NCBI GenBank assembly: GCA_964502665.1
Contig: CAZCXP010000004.1
Location: 1 to 39,047, forward strand
Direction: 5' to 3'
Length of the DNA: 39,047 nt
Source: an uncultured Dehalococcoidia bacterium
GTDB lineage: Bacteria; Chloroflexota; Dehalococcoidia; SZUA-161
The position numbers were made by a program, and so were the translations under genes. The notes below the pieces were generated by a model, which was not told the DNA's origin, made no database searches, and saw only the letters and a list, made by a program, of their open reading frames with translations. How positions within the stretch are numbered: the stretch's first letter is position 1; each line of letters opens with the position of its first letter. Below are positions 16,954 to 26,248 of this stretch, piece after piece.

Positions 16954-18168
16954 CTAGCTGCCTACCTTCTTGACCACTTTGTCAAAGGTATCGACCACTC
17001 TTTTGGCAAACTCATCCTCATTAATGTGAGCGCTGACCTCTACGATATCAACGCTTTCGTTTACAGTTTCCTTGACCACCTGAGCAAATGCTCCATCGGC
17101 CTCTGGGTCGTAGAAATGCTGGCCCTCCTTGTCCACTGCTGAAAAACCCCGCAGCGGAATGACCATGGCAACCGGCCCCACCGCCCTGTTTGCTCTCTCA
17201 GCTAGTATTTTGGCTGCCTTCGCCACCTCTTCTTTGTTTGTTCTTGCCAGCACTGTGTCTGGACCATGAGCATGCAACTTCCGCTCTTTGAATTCCGGCG
17301 GAACAGTCTCCTTTGTTCCCGGGAAGATGAACATGTCCAGGCCGCCGGGAACGATAACCTGGGGAAGTCCTTTCTCACCTGCCAGACTAAGCCTGGCTTC
17401 TGCCATTGCCTCCGGCAGGTGAAAAGCCAGCGGTATCATCACCTCAAAGGTTGTCAAGTCTATGATTCCGCTGATTCTGTCCTCCTCCATCAGTTCGTCC
17501 AGCACTTGCGTTTTTGAATGAAACACTATGGGGTCATATCCCCTTTCCTCAAGAAGGGGCTTGATCTTCATGACCGCAGGTGTGGTCACGCCGAGAGCAG
17601 TTATTCCAACCAGAGGCCTGACTCGCTGTGGCACTTCCGCTTCCGTCATGCCTACGATCGCCCCGGCTGCGCTGGCCAGTGTCCTCATCATCACTGAGTT
17701 GAGCCCCAGTATATCCGCCGGGGTCTGCATCATGGTTATGTCCTTGGTGCCGACGGATTGGGCATTGAACCACGTGGCAACCATGAGCTTGGGCACGCCG
17801 ATGGGCAATGCTCTCATGGCCGCCGTTCCGATGGCAGTCCCTGTTGAGCCGCCTAAGGAGATTATGCCGTCTAGCTTTCCCGCAGAGTGCAGCTCCTTAA
17901 CAATCTTCAGAAGCCCTTGTATCATTACATTCGTTCCCTCTGTTCTCTCAGCACCTTTCTCCGCTGCCTCGACCAGTTCCTCTAGGCTTCTACCACCGGC
18001 GCGGGCGACCTCTTCACGAGTGATATCCGCTTTGGTTTGAGGCTCGCCCATAACGCCCACGTCTATAATTATCGTCTTATGCCCTTTCCTCTCTATCTGC
18101 TCCTTGACATACTGGGTCTCCTCGCCCTTGGTATCCAGGGTCACCGGAATCACTATCGTCTTTGGCAT
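16954..18168 (-). CDS. UPF0261 / Tm-1-like ATP-binding protein
   Basis: MPKTIVIPVTLDTKGEE N-terminus and a two-lobed ~400-aa architecture. ATG 18168 follows GAGGG; the listed start is 18204. Confidence 0.75.
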   Translation of the reverse strand: MPKTIVIPVTLDTKGEETQYVKEQIERKGHKTIIIDVGVMGEPQTKADITREEVARAGGRSLEELVEAAEKGAERTEGTNVMIQGLLKIVKELHSAGKLDGIISLGGSTGTAIGTAAMRALPIGVPKLMVATWFNAQSVGTKDITMMQTPADILGLNSVMMRTLASAAGAIVGMTEAEVPQRVRPLVGITALGVTTPAVMKIKPLLEERGYDPIVFHSKTQVLDELMEEDRISGIIDLTTFEVMIPLAFHLPEAMAEARLSLAGEKGLPQVIVPGGLDMFIFPGTKETVPPEFKERKLHAHGPDTVLARTNKEEVAKAAKILAERANRAVGPVAMVIPLRGFSAVDKEGQHFYDPEADGAFAQVVKETVNESVDIVEVSAHINEDEFAKRVVDTFDKVVKKVGS

Positions 18169-18223
18169 CTGACTACCCTCACTGCAATTACATTTAAGGT
18201 ACACGTTTCAGATACAGCTTGGC

Positions 18224-19402
18224 TCAAAGCCCGACAATTACGCAAGCGATAGCGGGCGAGAACGGCGGGCCGCCCAGATTATGGACCAGCCCCAATCTAG
18301 GGTCCTTTATTTGCCTTTGGTCTGCCTTGCCCTGAAGCTGTTTATACATCTCATACTGCATCCTGAGTCCGCTGGCTCCGACCGGATGCCCGAAGGACTT
18401 GAGGCCACCATCGGGCTGAACCGGAAGTCCCCCTGTCAGCTCAAAGAACCCCGAGTCGATATCTTCCTTCACCTTGCCCCTGGGGGAAAACTGAAGGTCT
18501 TCCATGATCAGTGCCTCGGTGATGGAGAAGCAGTCGTGGACCTCGGCCATGCTTATCTCCTCGCGGGGGTTCTTTATCCCTGCCTCGGCGTAGGCCGCTA
18601 TTCCGGCTTGGACGGTTTCCTCTATATGAGTGTAATCCCAGTCGCTTCTCACATTTCCCTGTCCGTGGCCGATGCATATCTGGAGTGCCTTGATGTACAC
18701 CGGGTCGGCCCGGAACTTCTTGGCGTCCTCAGCGCGCACCACTACAGCCGCCGCCGCCCCATCGCTCACCCCACAGCAGTCGAAAATGCCAAGAGGCCAG
18801 GCGATGATAGGGGCATTGAGGACTTGCTCCACGGTGATTTTCCTGCGGAGGTGGGCCTTGGGATTCAAAGAGCCGTTATAGTGGCTCTTTGCCGAGATCT
18901 TGGCCAGCATTGTCTTCCCCTCCTCGGGGCTGAGGCCATAACGGGCGAAATACCTGGTGGCCAGCATGGCGAATATGCCGGGTGGTGCGATGCTGGGAAA
19001 CACGTGGACACCGGCGCCCGAGGCTCCCTGCAAGCCGCTCAGACCCTGATCCTTTATCTTCTCAGCCCCTATGGCCAGGGCCACGTCGTACACCCGTGCT
19101 GCTACTGCATAGGAGGCATTCCTCAAGGCGTCGGACCCGGTACAGCACATGTTCTCCACCCGAGTCACCGGCTTGTACTGCAGTCTCAACGGCACCGCTG
19201 CTGCCATGCCGGCCATACCGGAGTACTCGTAGAAGGTGCCCACCCACGCTGCCTCGATATCGCTGGGTTCGACGCCGGCATCCTCATAAGCTTCGTAGGC
19301 AGCATCCACCATGAGATCGGTGACGTTCTTGTCCCAGAGCTCACCGAACTTGGTGCAGCCCATGCCCACTATGGCAACCTTGTCCTTTATGCTCTCACCC
19401 AT
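18224..19402 (-). CDS. Thiolase (SCP-x/archaeal acetoacetyl-CoA thiolase type)
   Basis: Nucleophile region VENMCCTGSDAL, GHPVGASG, and HNLGG near the C-terminus. Confidence 0.9.
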   Translation of the reverse strand: MGESIKDKVAIVGMGCTKFGELWDKNVTDLMVDAAYEAYEDAGVEPSDIEAAWVGTFYEYSGMAGMAAAVPLRLQYKPVTRVENMCCTGSDALRNASYAVAARVYDVALAIGAEKIKDQGLSGLQGASGAGVHVFPSIAPPGIFAMLATRYFARYGLSPEEGKTMLAKISAKSHYNGSLNPKAHLRRKITVEQVLNAPIIAWPLGIFDCCGVSDGAAAAVVVRAEDAKKFRADPVYIKALQICIGHGQGNVRSDWDYTHIEETVQAGIAAYAEAGIKNPREEISMAEVHDCFSITEALIMEDLQFSPRGKVKEDIDSGFFELTGGLPVQPDGGLKSFGHPVGASGLRMQYEMYKQLQGKADQRQIKDPRLGLVHNLGGPPFSPAIACVIVGL

Positions 19403-19414
19403 GTTGGCCCTCCT

Positions 19415-20845
19415 CTAACACCTTACGGGTCTGGTCTTCCAGAAGTAGTTGTGGACTCCGCGGTTGAAATAGAGCTTTCTAAAGGTCATCTCGACGGGCA
19501 TCATCACTTCCACCTGATCCGGATCACGGTCGGTAAGGTCGAACGCCCCCCGCCCTCCGCCGTCGAAGTCGACCACGACGACTGTGTTCGGCGGATCGTT
19601 GCTCTCTGCCAGTCTGTCCTGAGTAAAGGTGAAGACCTTGGCCTTCCTGTCAGCAAATCGATAAGGCTCAAACTGATCCTTGGCCTGACATACCACGCAT
19701 ACCCTCCCCGGCCTGACTTCGTACTGAGGCGTCCCGCAGTTGGTGCATCTCTGTCCATAGAGCGCCAGCAACTGCCTGCGTTCGCGCCGCAACTCTGAGA
19801 TGGACATGGGTGGTCGCTCTGGTCGTCTGGCCGGCTCCAGGGTCATCAGCCCCCGCCACCGAACGTAGGTTTCATAGCTCTTGATCATTCGCTTCGATTC
19901 AAGGTGCTTCCTGATACCTCTCCGCTCTCCCAGCTTCTCAATGCCATCTGTTACCTCCATGACAAAGGCATCCGCCCCGTTACCGTAGCTGGCCAGGAGG
20001 ACTCTATCACCAGGCCTGGCTTCCTCCAGGGCAGCTACCAGCATCATTGTCGCCAGCGCAGCGCCCGTATTGCCCACGGTCATGAACATAGTATCCTGAA
20101 TCTGGGAGGGATCGAATCCCGCGCTGGTTGCTACCCGCGCATGCCTCCTTACATCTGTTGGGGCGTCGTAGACCGCCTTAGCAAGATCCTTGGGCTCCAG
20201 GTTGCATTTCTCCATCAGCGCGGAGATAGCCGTGGGAAGGACTTTGGAATACCCTTCGTCGAGAACCATGCGATCCTCCCAGGAGCGGAGGAAGGCATCA
20301 CCATCAGCCCTCCATACTCCGGAGAATTCGTCTGAGATGTAGTAGCTATCCTGAATTTCAGCGATGAGGTCATCGTCTCCCAGCAGCAGGGCGGCAGCGC
20401 CATCGCCCAGCGCCTGCTCGAATTGGCCTGCCGGCGCCCCCATGCGGGTATCGGCAACAACCACCAGGACTCTTTTGGCCGAGCCGGCTTTGATCGCATC
20501 CAGAGCACACCCTAGGGCGCTGGTTCCTACCCGTAGCGAGCCGGCGAAATCCGCCGTTCGCACCTCTGCAGGCAGGTCCAGGGCGGCAGCTATTATGGCT
20601 GCGCCTAGCTTCTCCTTGTAGGGTAGGGTGGTCGAGGCCAGGAACAGGGCATCGATTCTGCTCCGGTCGATCCCTGTCAGGCAGTCAATGGCCGCTTCCA
20701 CAGCCATGGTTATGCTGTCCTCATCGAAATTGGCCACGGCCCTCTCACCGGGCATGGCAAATCCTCCCCAAGCCCTTTGGAACTCCTCCCTGCCTATGCG
20801 GTGAAAAGGAATGTAGGCACCATATGAAACCACTCCTGCCATCAA
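19415..20845 (-). CDS. HMG-CoA-synthase-like domain fused to a DUF35 zinc-ribbon/OB-fold domain
   Basis: N-terminal SYGAYIPFHRI and DEDSITMAVEAA blocks resemble archaeal HMGCS. The C-terminal 130 aa carry CTNCG...CVVCQ plus an OB-fold-like segment (DUF35). Confidence 0.85.
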   Translation of the reverse strand: MMAGVVSYGAYIPFHRIGREEFQRAWGGFAMPGERAVANFDEDSITMAVEAAIDCLTGIDRSRIDALFLASTTLPYKEKLGAAIIAAALDLPAEVRTADFAGSLRVGTSALGCALDAIKAGSAKRVLVVVADTRMGAPAGQFEQALGDGAAALLLGDDDLIAEIQDSYYISDEFSGVWRADGDAFLRSWEDRMVLDEGYSKVLPTAISALMEKCNLEPKDLAKAVYDAPTDVRRHARVATSAGFDPSQIQDTMFMTVGNTGAALATMMLVAALEEARPGDRVLLASYGNGADAFVMEVTDGIEKLGERRGIRKHLESKRMIKSYETYVRWRGLMTLEPARRPERPPMSISELRRERRQLLALYGQRCTNCGTPQYEVRPGRVCVVCQAKDQFEPYRFADRKAKVFTFTQDRLAESNDPPNTVVVVDFDGGGRGAFDLTDRDPDQVEVMMPVEMTFRKLYFNRGVHNYFWKTRPVRC

Positions 20846-21114
20846 TCGACCTCCTTCTACGCAAATCTACGGACCAGACGACTTCCTGGTATCGGTGAGC
20901 CTCTTTACATCCTGTGACTTTTTGACTGCTTGCGATTTGTAACAGGGCGAAATCGCCCCCGGATTATTATAGCGCAAAACTGCTGGAACTGCTGCCCTCG
21001 CCTTGCTGGTTGCTCTGTCCGGTGTCTGTCGCTGAGCAAAGCCCGCCTGGGATTCCAGGCCTTTGCCGCTCCCTAGCCTCTCCTGCACTGGCAAAAGCAT
21101 AGGGTCACACCATT

Positions 21115-21143
21115 TTGACAATTGATACGAACGGTGGTAGTAT
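21115..21143 (+). promoter_or_regulatory. sigma70-like promoter of the PAS kinase gene
   Basis: TTGACA (21115-21120), 17-nt spacer, TAGTAT (21138-21143). It lies 30 nt upstream of the ATG at 21173. Confidence 0.55.
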
Positions 21144-21172
21144 TCCGTTCACCTTAGCTGTGAGGGTGTGGG

Positions 21173-24100
21173 ATGAGAGACATTGCCAGAACAAAAGCGC
21201 AACTCATAGATGAATTGGCTGCAATGCGCCAACGAATCAGTGAACTGGAGACAACGGTAGGCGAGTGCAAGCGGATAGAGGATGCGCTGCGGGAGAGCGA
21301 AGCGAGGTATAGAGACCTGGTCGAGAGGGAGAAGGATATAATCTACACCCTCGACGCCGTAGGGAATGTCACTTCCGCCAATTCTGCTGTCAGCCTGCTC
21401 GGTTATCGACCGGAGCAGGTGGTGGGTAAGCATTTTACCGAGCTCATGGCTGAGGAACAGCGGGAAGAAACGATGGAGGATTTCAATCACCTGCTGAAGA
21501 CAGGTGAAGTGGTTGCTGAGACGGTACTGCTTGATACCAAAGGCGAACCGCATTTTGTCGAATACAGCTCGACTGTAATAGAGCAAGATGGCAAAGTTGT
21601 AGGAACGCGGGGTATTGTTCGCGACATCACCGAGCGCAAGCAGGCGGAGGAAGCGCGACTGGCAGCTGTCAAAACGGTATCAGATGTGGTAGAAGCCATT
21701 CCTGACGCATTAGCAATGCTCGACATTGATGGGAATCTAGTTCATATCAATTCGGCTTGTGCCAGAATGTTTGGCCTCGAGCCAGAAGAGGTTGTCGGGA
21801 AGAATACTATGGAGTTACCCACCATGACACCCGAGGATGCCGAAAAGGGTGTGCAGCTAATGAAGGAAGCGCTAGAAACGGGCGAAAGCAAAGCTGTCGA
21901 TATGATGGTTTACACAAAAGGGGGAAAGCAGTTTCCAATAAGCGCCCACGGGGCAATTGTGAGAGACGCCCAGGGAAATCCCATGTATTATGTTTCGATT
22001 ATGAGGGATATCACCGAGCGCAAGCGGTCGGAGGAAGCGCTGCGGGAATCCGAGGAGCGCTTTCGAGCGCTCATCGAAAACGCTCTGGATGCCATCGTGA
22101 TCCTGAATAGTGACGGAACCATACGCTACCAAAGCCCATCGATGGAGCGTATGACGGGACGCAAAGCAAAAGTCAGGATTGGCAGGGATCCTCTGGAGTT
22201 CTCTCATCCTGACGATACTCCACATGTGATCGAGGCCTTCGCTCAATTGCTCGAAAATCGGATTGCCACTGTGCACACTGAGTTACGTCTGCGGCACGAA
22301 GACGGCTCGTGGCGCACCTTTGAGGTTGTAGGCAATAACCTTCTCGACAATCCGGCAGTGGCAGGTATTGTTCTTAATTTGCGCGACATCACCGAGCGCA
22401 AGCGAATGCAGGAAAAGGTGCTACGCAGCGAGGGATACTTCAGGTCCCTCATCGAAAACTCCACGGAAGCCATCGCAATTGTCAATGGCGAAGGTCTTCT
22501 CACCTACGAAAGCCCATCCTTTGAGCGCCTCTTGGGATTCAAAGGGAAAGATCATATCGGCACGAGCCCATTTGAGCATGTTCACCGAGATGACAGGTCA
22601 AGAGTTGCTAACGCCTTCGCTGAATTGACGCAGAATCCAGGTGCCATCGCGCGCGATGAGCTACGTGTTTGGCATAGGAATGGCTCCTTGCATAACGTCG
22701 AAGTGATAGGCCGAAACCTGCTCAATGATCCAGCGGTGGGGGGCATTGTTGCCAATATACGCGACATCACCGAGCGCAAGCGGGCGGAGGATGCGTTGCG
22801 GCGGGAAGAGGAGTATTTTCGAGCGCTCATAGAAAACTCCCTGGACTTCGTCTGCGTTCTAAACAGTGATGGGACAGTACGTTATGAAAGCCCGTCGGTG
22901 GAGCGTGTGCAGGGGTACAAACCCGAAGAGCGAATTGGGCAAACCCCGGTTGAGCTTATTCACCCCGAAGACATGGCTGAGGCAGCTGATTTACTAGCTC
23001 ATATGCTGGAGAACCCGGGGACCACGCTGCGCGTTCAGTTACGCTTTCGGCACAAGGATGGCTCATGGCGCGTTCTTGATGCTGTAGCACAGAACCTTCT
23101 GGACAATCCTGCGGTCGCAGGCATTGTGGCCAATCTGCGGGACGTCACAGAGCAAAAGAGAGCCGAGGAGGCGCTGCGGGAGAGCGAGCACAACTATAGA
23201 CTCCTGTTCGAGAGCACGATCGATGGCACAGTCGTTATCGATGCCGAAACGATGAAAGTGGTGCTTGCCAATCAAACCGCCGCCAAAATGTATGGATTTG
23301 CTTCTATGGAGGAGGTGGTTGAGGCGAATCTACTTGACTACATTCATCCAGACGATAGAGATCGGGCTCTCAAGACTATTGCAGAAGATCTGTTTGAAAA
23401 AGACCTGCGTCGGACTGAGGAGTTTCGCACTGTAACCAAAGACGGCAGAGAGATATGGATAGCCGGTGTCGGCACAAGGGTTGAATACCAGGGAAGGTTG
23501 GCAGGTTTGATTTCGTTCAGAGACATCACCGAGCACAAGCGCACGGACGAGAGACTGAGAGAGCTTTATGAACAGGAAAGGGAATCGAGGCAGCGGGTGG
23601 AAGCGGAGATGAAGAGAAGGGTGGAATTCACCAGGGCGCTGGCGCATGAGCTGAAGAACCCGCTCACTTCGGTGCTCGCTTCCAGTGACTTGCTCGCATC
23701 TGAAGTCCACGATGAACCCTTGCTTAGCCTGGCCAGGAACATCGGTCAGGGTGCATCCAGCCTCAATAGCAGGATTGATGAACTTCTCGACCTGGCACGA
23801 GGTGAGGTTGGCATGCTCCAGTTGAAACTGGATTCGGTCGACCTGTTGCAACTGCTTCGAGAGACAGGCGAGAGTATGAGGCCACTCACCTCAAGCCGTG
23901 GTCAGTCTCTAACCCTCGACCTGCCTCCTTCTCTCCCCCCAGTTCGCGCTGATGCGGCCCGCGTGCAGCAAGTTGTTACCAACCTCCTGGGCAACGCCTT
24001 CAAATTCACCCCGGTCGCTGGAAGTATTACGCTGCGGGCTAAGGAAAAGGACGCTGCCCTCGTGGTTGAGGTTCGAGATACGGGTCGCGGCATGTCCAAG

Positions 24101-25003
24101 GAGGAGCAGAGGCAGCTTTTTGAGCCCTATCATCGCTTGCATAGCGAGCCCTCGGGCGGATTGGGGCTGGGGCTCGCTCTCTGCAAGACACTGGTGGAGC
24201 TGCACGGTGGACAGATATGGGTGAGAAGCAATGTAGGTAGAGGCTCAACATTTGTCTTTTCACTGCCTTTGGAGGCTGCTGAGGGACAGGCAGTGGAGTT
24301 GGAGAAGCCAGCCAAACTGTGGAAAGTGTTGATTATCGAGGACGACCAGGAAATCGTGAGTTCTGTTTCCGTAGCATTTCGGATGCGATGGCCTGAGGCT
24401 GAGCTGATATCAAGCAGTCTGGGAGAAGAAGGATTGGAGCTGGTGGAGACAGAAAACCCTGACCTCGTGATCCTCGATCTGGGCCTTCCTGATATAAGCG
24501 GCTTCGAGGTGTTGAGAGAGATTCGTCTTTTTTCCCCGGTACCTGTTGTCATCCTTACCGTTAAGGCAGACGAAGCCGATATGGTCAAGGGACTTGAGTG
24601 GGGAGCTGATGACTACGTGGTGAAGCCTTTCAGACAGCTGGAGTTGCTGGCACGGCTCAAGGTCCAGCTACGCAAACAGATCCCCCCTGGGGAAGAGGCC
24701 CCTATCATTTGTGGTTCATTGCAACTGGACCCCTCCACGTACCAATTGACCCACGGAGGAAGAGAGATAAGCCTTACCATCGTCGAGGGTCGTATCATGC
24801 AGTACCTCATGCAAAACGCAGGCCATGTGGTAACTCACTCCCGGCTTGCCGAAGCAGTCTGGGAGGAGGATCATGCCGGAGCCGTTGATAGCCTTAGAGT
24901 CTATATCCGATACCTCAGAGAAAAACTTGAGGAGGACCCCAGCCAGCCACAGATGATCCTCACCAAAGTCGGCATAGGATACTCGCTGGCAAAACCGGCT
25001 TAG
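21173..25003 (+). CDS. Soluble hybrid sensor: 6 PAS domains + HisKA/HATPase + REC + OmpR-type winged-helix DNA-binding domain
   Basis: No TM segment; coiled-coil N-terminus. Six PAS modules separated by RDITERKRAEE-type linkers. H-box ALAHELKNPLTS (His825), N-box LLGNAFKFT, G1 DTGRGM, G2 GGLGLGLALC. REC from K1051 (VLIIEDD...LVILDLGLPDISG...KP). C-terminal LTIVEGRIMQYL...VYIRYLREKLE...GIGYSL wHTH. Confidence 0.9.
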   Translation: MRDIARTKAQLIDELAAMRQRISELETTVGECKRIEDALRESEARYRDLVEREKDIIYTLDAVGNVTSANSAVSLLGYRPEQVVGKHFTELMAEEQREETMEDFNHLLKTGEVVAETVLLDTKGEPHFVEYSSTVIEQDGKVVGTRGIVRDITERKQAEEARLAAVKTVSDVVEAIPDALAMLDIDGNLVHINSACARMFGLEPEEVVGKNTMELPTMTPEDAEKGVQLMKEALETGESKAVDMMVYTKGGKQFPISAHGAIVRDAQGNPMYYVSIMRDITERKRSEEALRESEERFRALIENALDAIVILNSDGTIRYQSPSMERMTGRKAKVRIGRDPLEFSHPDDTPHVIEAFAQLLENRIATVHTELRLRHEDGSWRTFEVVGNNLLDNPAVAGIVLNLRDITERKRMQEKVLRSEGYFRSLIENSTEAIAIVNGEGLLTYESPSFERLLGFKGKDHIGTSPFEHVHRDDRSRVANAFAELTQNPGAIARDELRVWHRNGSLHNVEVIGRNLLNDPAVGGIVANIRDITERKRAEDALRREEEYFRALIENSLDFVCVLNSDGTVRYESPSVERVQGYKPEERIGQTPVELIHPEDMAEAADLLAHMLENPGTTLRVQLRFRHKDGSWRVLDAVAQNLLDNPAVAGIVANLRDVTEQKRAEEALRESEHNYRLLFESTIDGTVVIDAETMKVVLANQTAAKMYGFASMEEVVEANLLDYIHPDDRDRALKTIAEDLFEKDLRRTEEFRTVTKDGREIWIAGVGTRVEYQGRLAGLISFRDITEHKRTDERLRELYEQERESRQRVEAEMKRRVEFTRALAHELKNPLTSVLASSDLLASEVHDEPLLSLARNIGQGASSLNSRIDELLDLARGEVGMLQLKLDSVDLLQLLRETGESMRPLTSSRGQSLTLDLPPSLPPVRADAARVQQVVTNLLGNAFKFTPVAGSITLRAKEKDAALVVEVRDTGRGMSKEEQRQLFEPYHRLHSEPSGGLGLGLALCKTLVELHGGQIWVRSNVGRGSTFVFSLPLEAAEGQAVELEKPAKLWKVLIIEDDQEIVSSVSVAFRMRWPEAELISSSLGEEGLELVETENPDLVILDLGLPDISGFEVLREIRLFSPVPVVILTVKADEADMVKGLEWGADDYVVKPFRQLELLARLKVQLRKQIPPGEEAPIICGSLQLDPSTYQLTHGGREISLTIVEGRIMQYLMQNAGHVVTHSRLAEAVWEEDHAGAVDSLRVYIRYLREKLEEDPSQPQMILTKVGIGYSLAKPA
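21621..23540 (+). repeat. Six-fold 378-384-nt periodic repeat inside the kinase gene (PAS linker sequence)
   Basis: GCGACATCACCGAGCGCAAGC occurs identically at 21621, 22383 and 22761. Variants occur at 22005, 23139 and 23520. Spacings are 384, 378, 378, 378 and 381 nt. Confidence 0.85.
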
Positions 25004-25271
25004 CGAGTTCACAGGGCCAATTCACGTCTGCATCTGAGGCCTCCTGGCCTAAGCTTGCTGTACCTCGAAGCTGCTCCTCTCCGCCACGTATTAATGTGGC
25101 TCTAATGTCGTTCTTACACCATTCTTATGTGAGCGTAGTAGATTACGCTTGTGGAGGATTGTGCTACATAGGGCAGGTTTGAATGGTATAAGTCAGGTTT
25201 TGGGACCACTGACCCCAATGAGTATCAGACAAACATCTGCAAGACACAAAGGCGGCTCGAGGGGAGGGATC

Positions 25272-25541
25272 ATGAATACGGCCAGAAGCAGACAAACACG
25301 GGGAGACAACGGTAACACGACAGAGACCCTGCTGACACTGAGAGAGGCATGCCGACTGCTCAACGTACATGGCAACACCCTGAGACGATGGAGCACAATG
25401 GGACTAATAAAGGCATACCGGGTTGGTCCTGGCCACCATCGCAGGTTCAAGACAGAGGACGTCGCTGCGCTGGCGGTCGAGCAAAGTGGATTTGACCCTG
25501 CCGACGCCACAAGGAAGGGAAGGAACTACAGTGCTGCCTAG
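25272..25541 (+). CDS. Excisionase/MerR-like HTH (HTH_17-type) DNA-binding protein
   Basis: LLTLREACRLLNVHGNTLRRWSTMGLIKAYRVGPGHHRRFKTEDV. ATG 25272 follows GGGGAGGG; the listed start is 25149. Confidence 0.75.
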   Translation: MNTARSRQTRGDNGNTTETLLTLREACRLLNVHGNTLRRWSTMGLIKAYRVGPGHHRRFKTEDVAALAVEQSGFDPADATRKGRNYSAA

Positions 25542-25626
25542 TTTCGCCAGCGGTATCAAAACCCTTGCCGTACATTCTATGTCTAGCCCGGCCCAGAGCA
25601 ATCAAACTCAGAAAGGTGAGAATCGA

Positions 25627-25788
25627 ATGCAGTACATCGAAATGAAGTTCAAGGCGACCCTGCAGCTGGATGAAAAGTGGGCCAGCAACCATACTACCGA
25701 GGATCTGATAGAGTACATAAAGGAGAGAATTAACAGCAGCCTGGGGTTCAGAGGTCAGATCAAGAGGCTGAGTGTAGTCACGAAATAA
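25627..25788 (+). CDS. Hypothetical small protein (53 aa)
   Basis: ATG behind AAAGGTGAG. Charged helical sequence MQYIEMKFKATLQLDEKW...; no family recognised. Confidence 0.35.
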   Translation: MQYIEMKFKATLQLDEKWASNHTTEDLIEYIKERINSSLGFRGQIKRLSVVTK

Positions 25789-26248
25789 CTTGCCGTGTTC
25801 ATTGAAGAGGTCCACGCTCTTTTACGGCTACAAAGAGTTTGAGGAATCTTGATAGGTTCTGGGATGTTGTCGAGGTTGACTGCGCCAGGCACTTAAAGTA
25901 CCCTCTTAGCGGTTCTCCTGATGAGTTCCTCAACAGATGCCATCAACCACATCACTGAGATAGCCGCGGCCGGTCCTATCAAGGACTCTTGCTGAATAAG
26001 AACGATATCTCCTCCGCCTTCAATGCCACGTCCAGCACCTCATATTCACGTTTCGCGAACTAGCTCAACAATTCGGCTGTCTGCTTCTTTCAAAGCTAGC
26101 GGGTATCAGACCCTCGGAAGCTGCTTCTGCACTAGAGGCCAAGACCTCTGGGCACCCTATGCAGGAGAGTCTGCGATTCAGCCCGTACCCTATTGAGTTC
26201 CGACCCAATTGACAGTACAATTACGCCAGCAATGAGTGGAGGGGTAGT

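Noticed and set aside
18281-19798. 505-aa plus-strand ORF
   Set aside because: It is antisense to the thiolase and DUF35-fusion genes and spans their intergenic gap. Its composition is typical of reverse-frame translation of GC-rich coding DNA, and it has no RBS or motifs.
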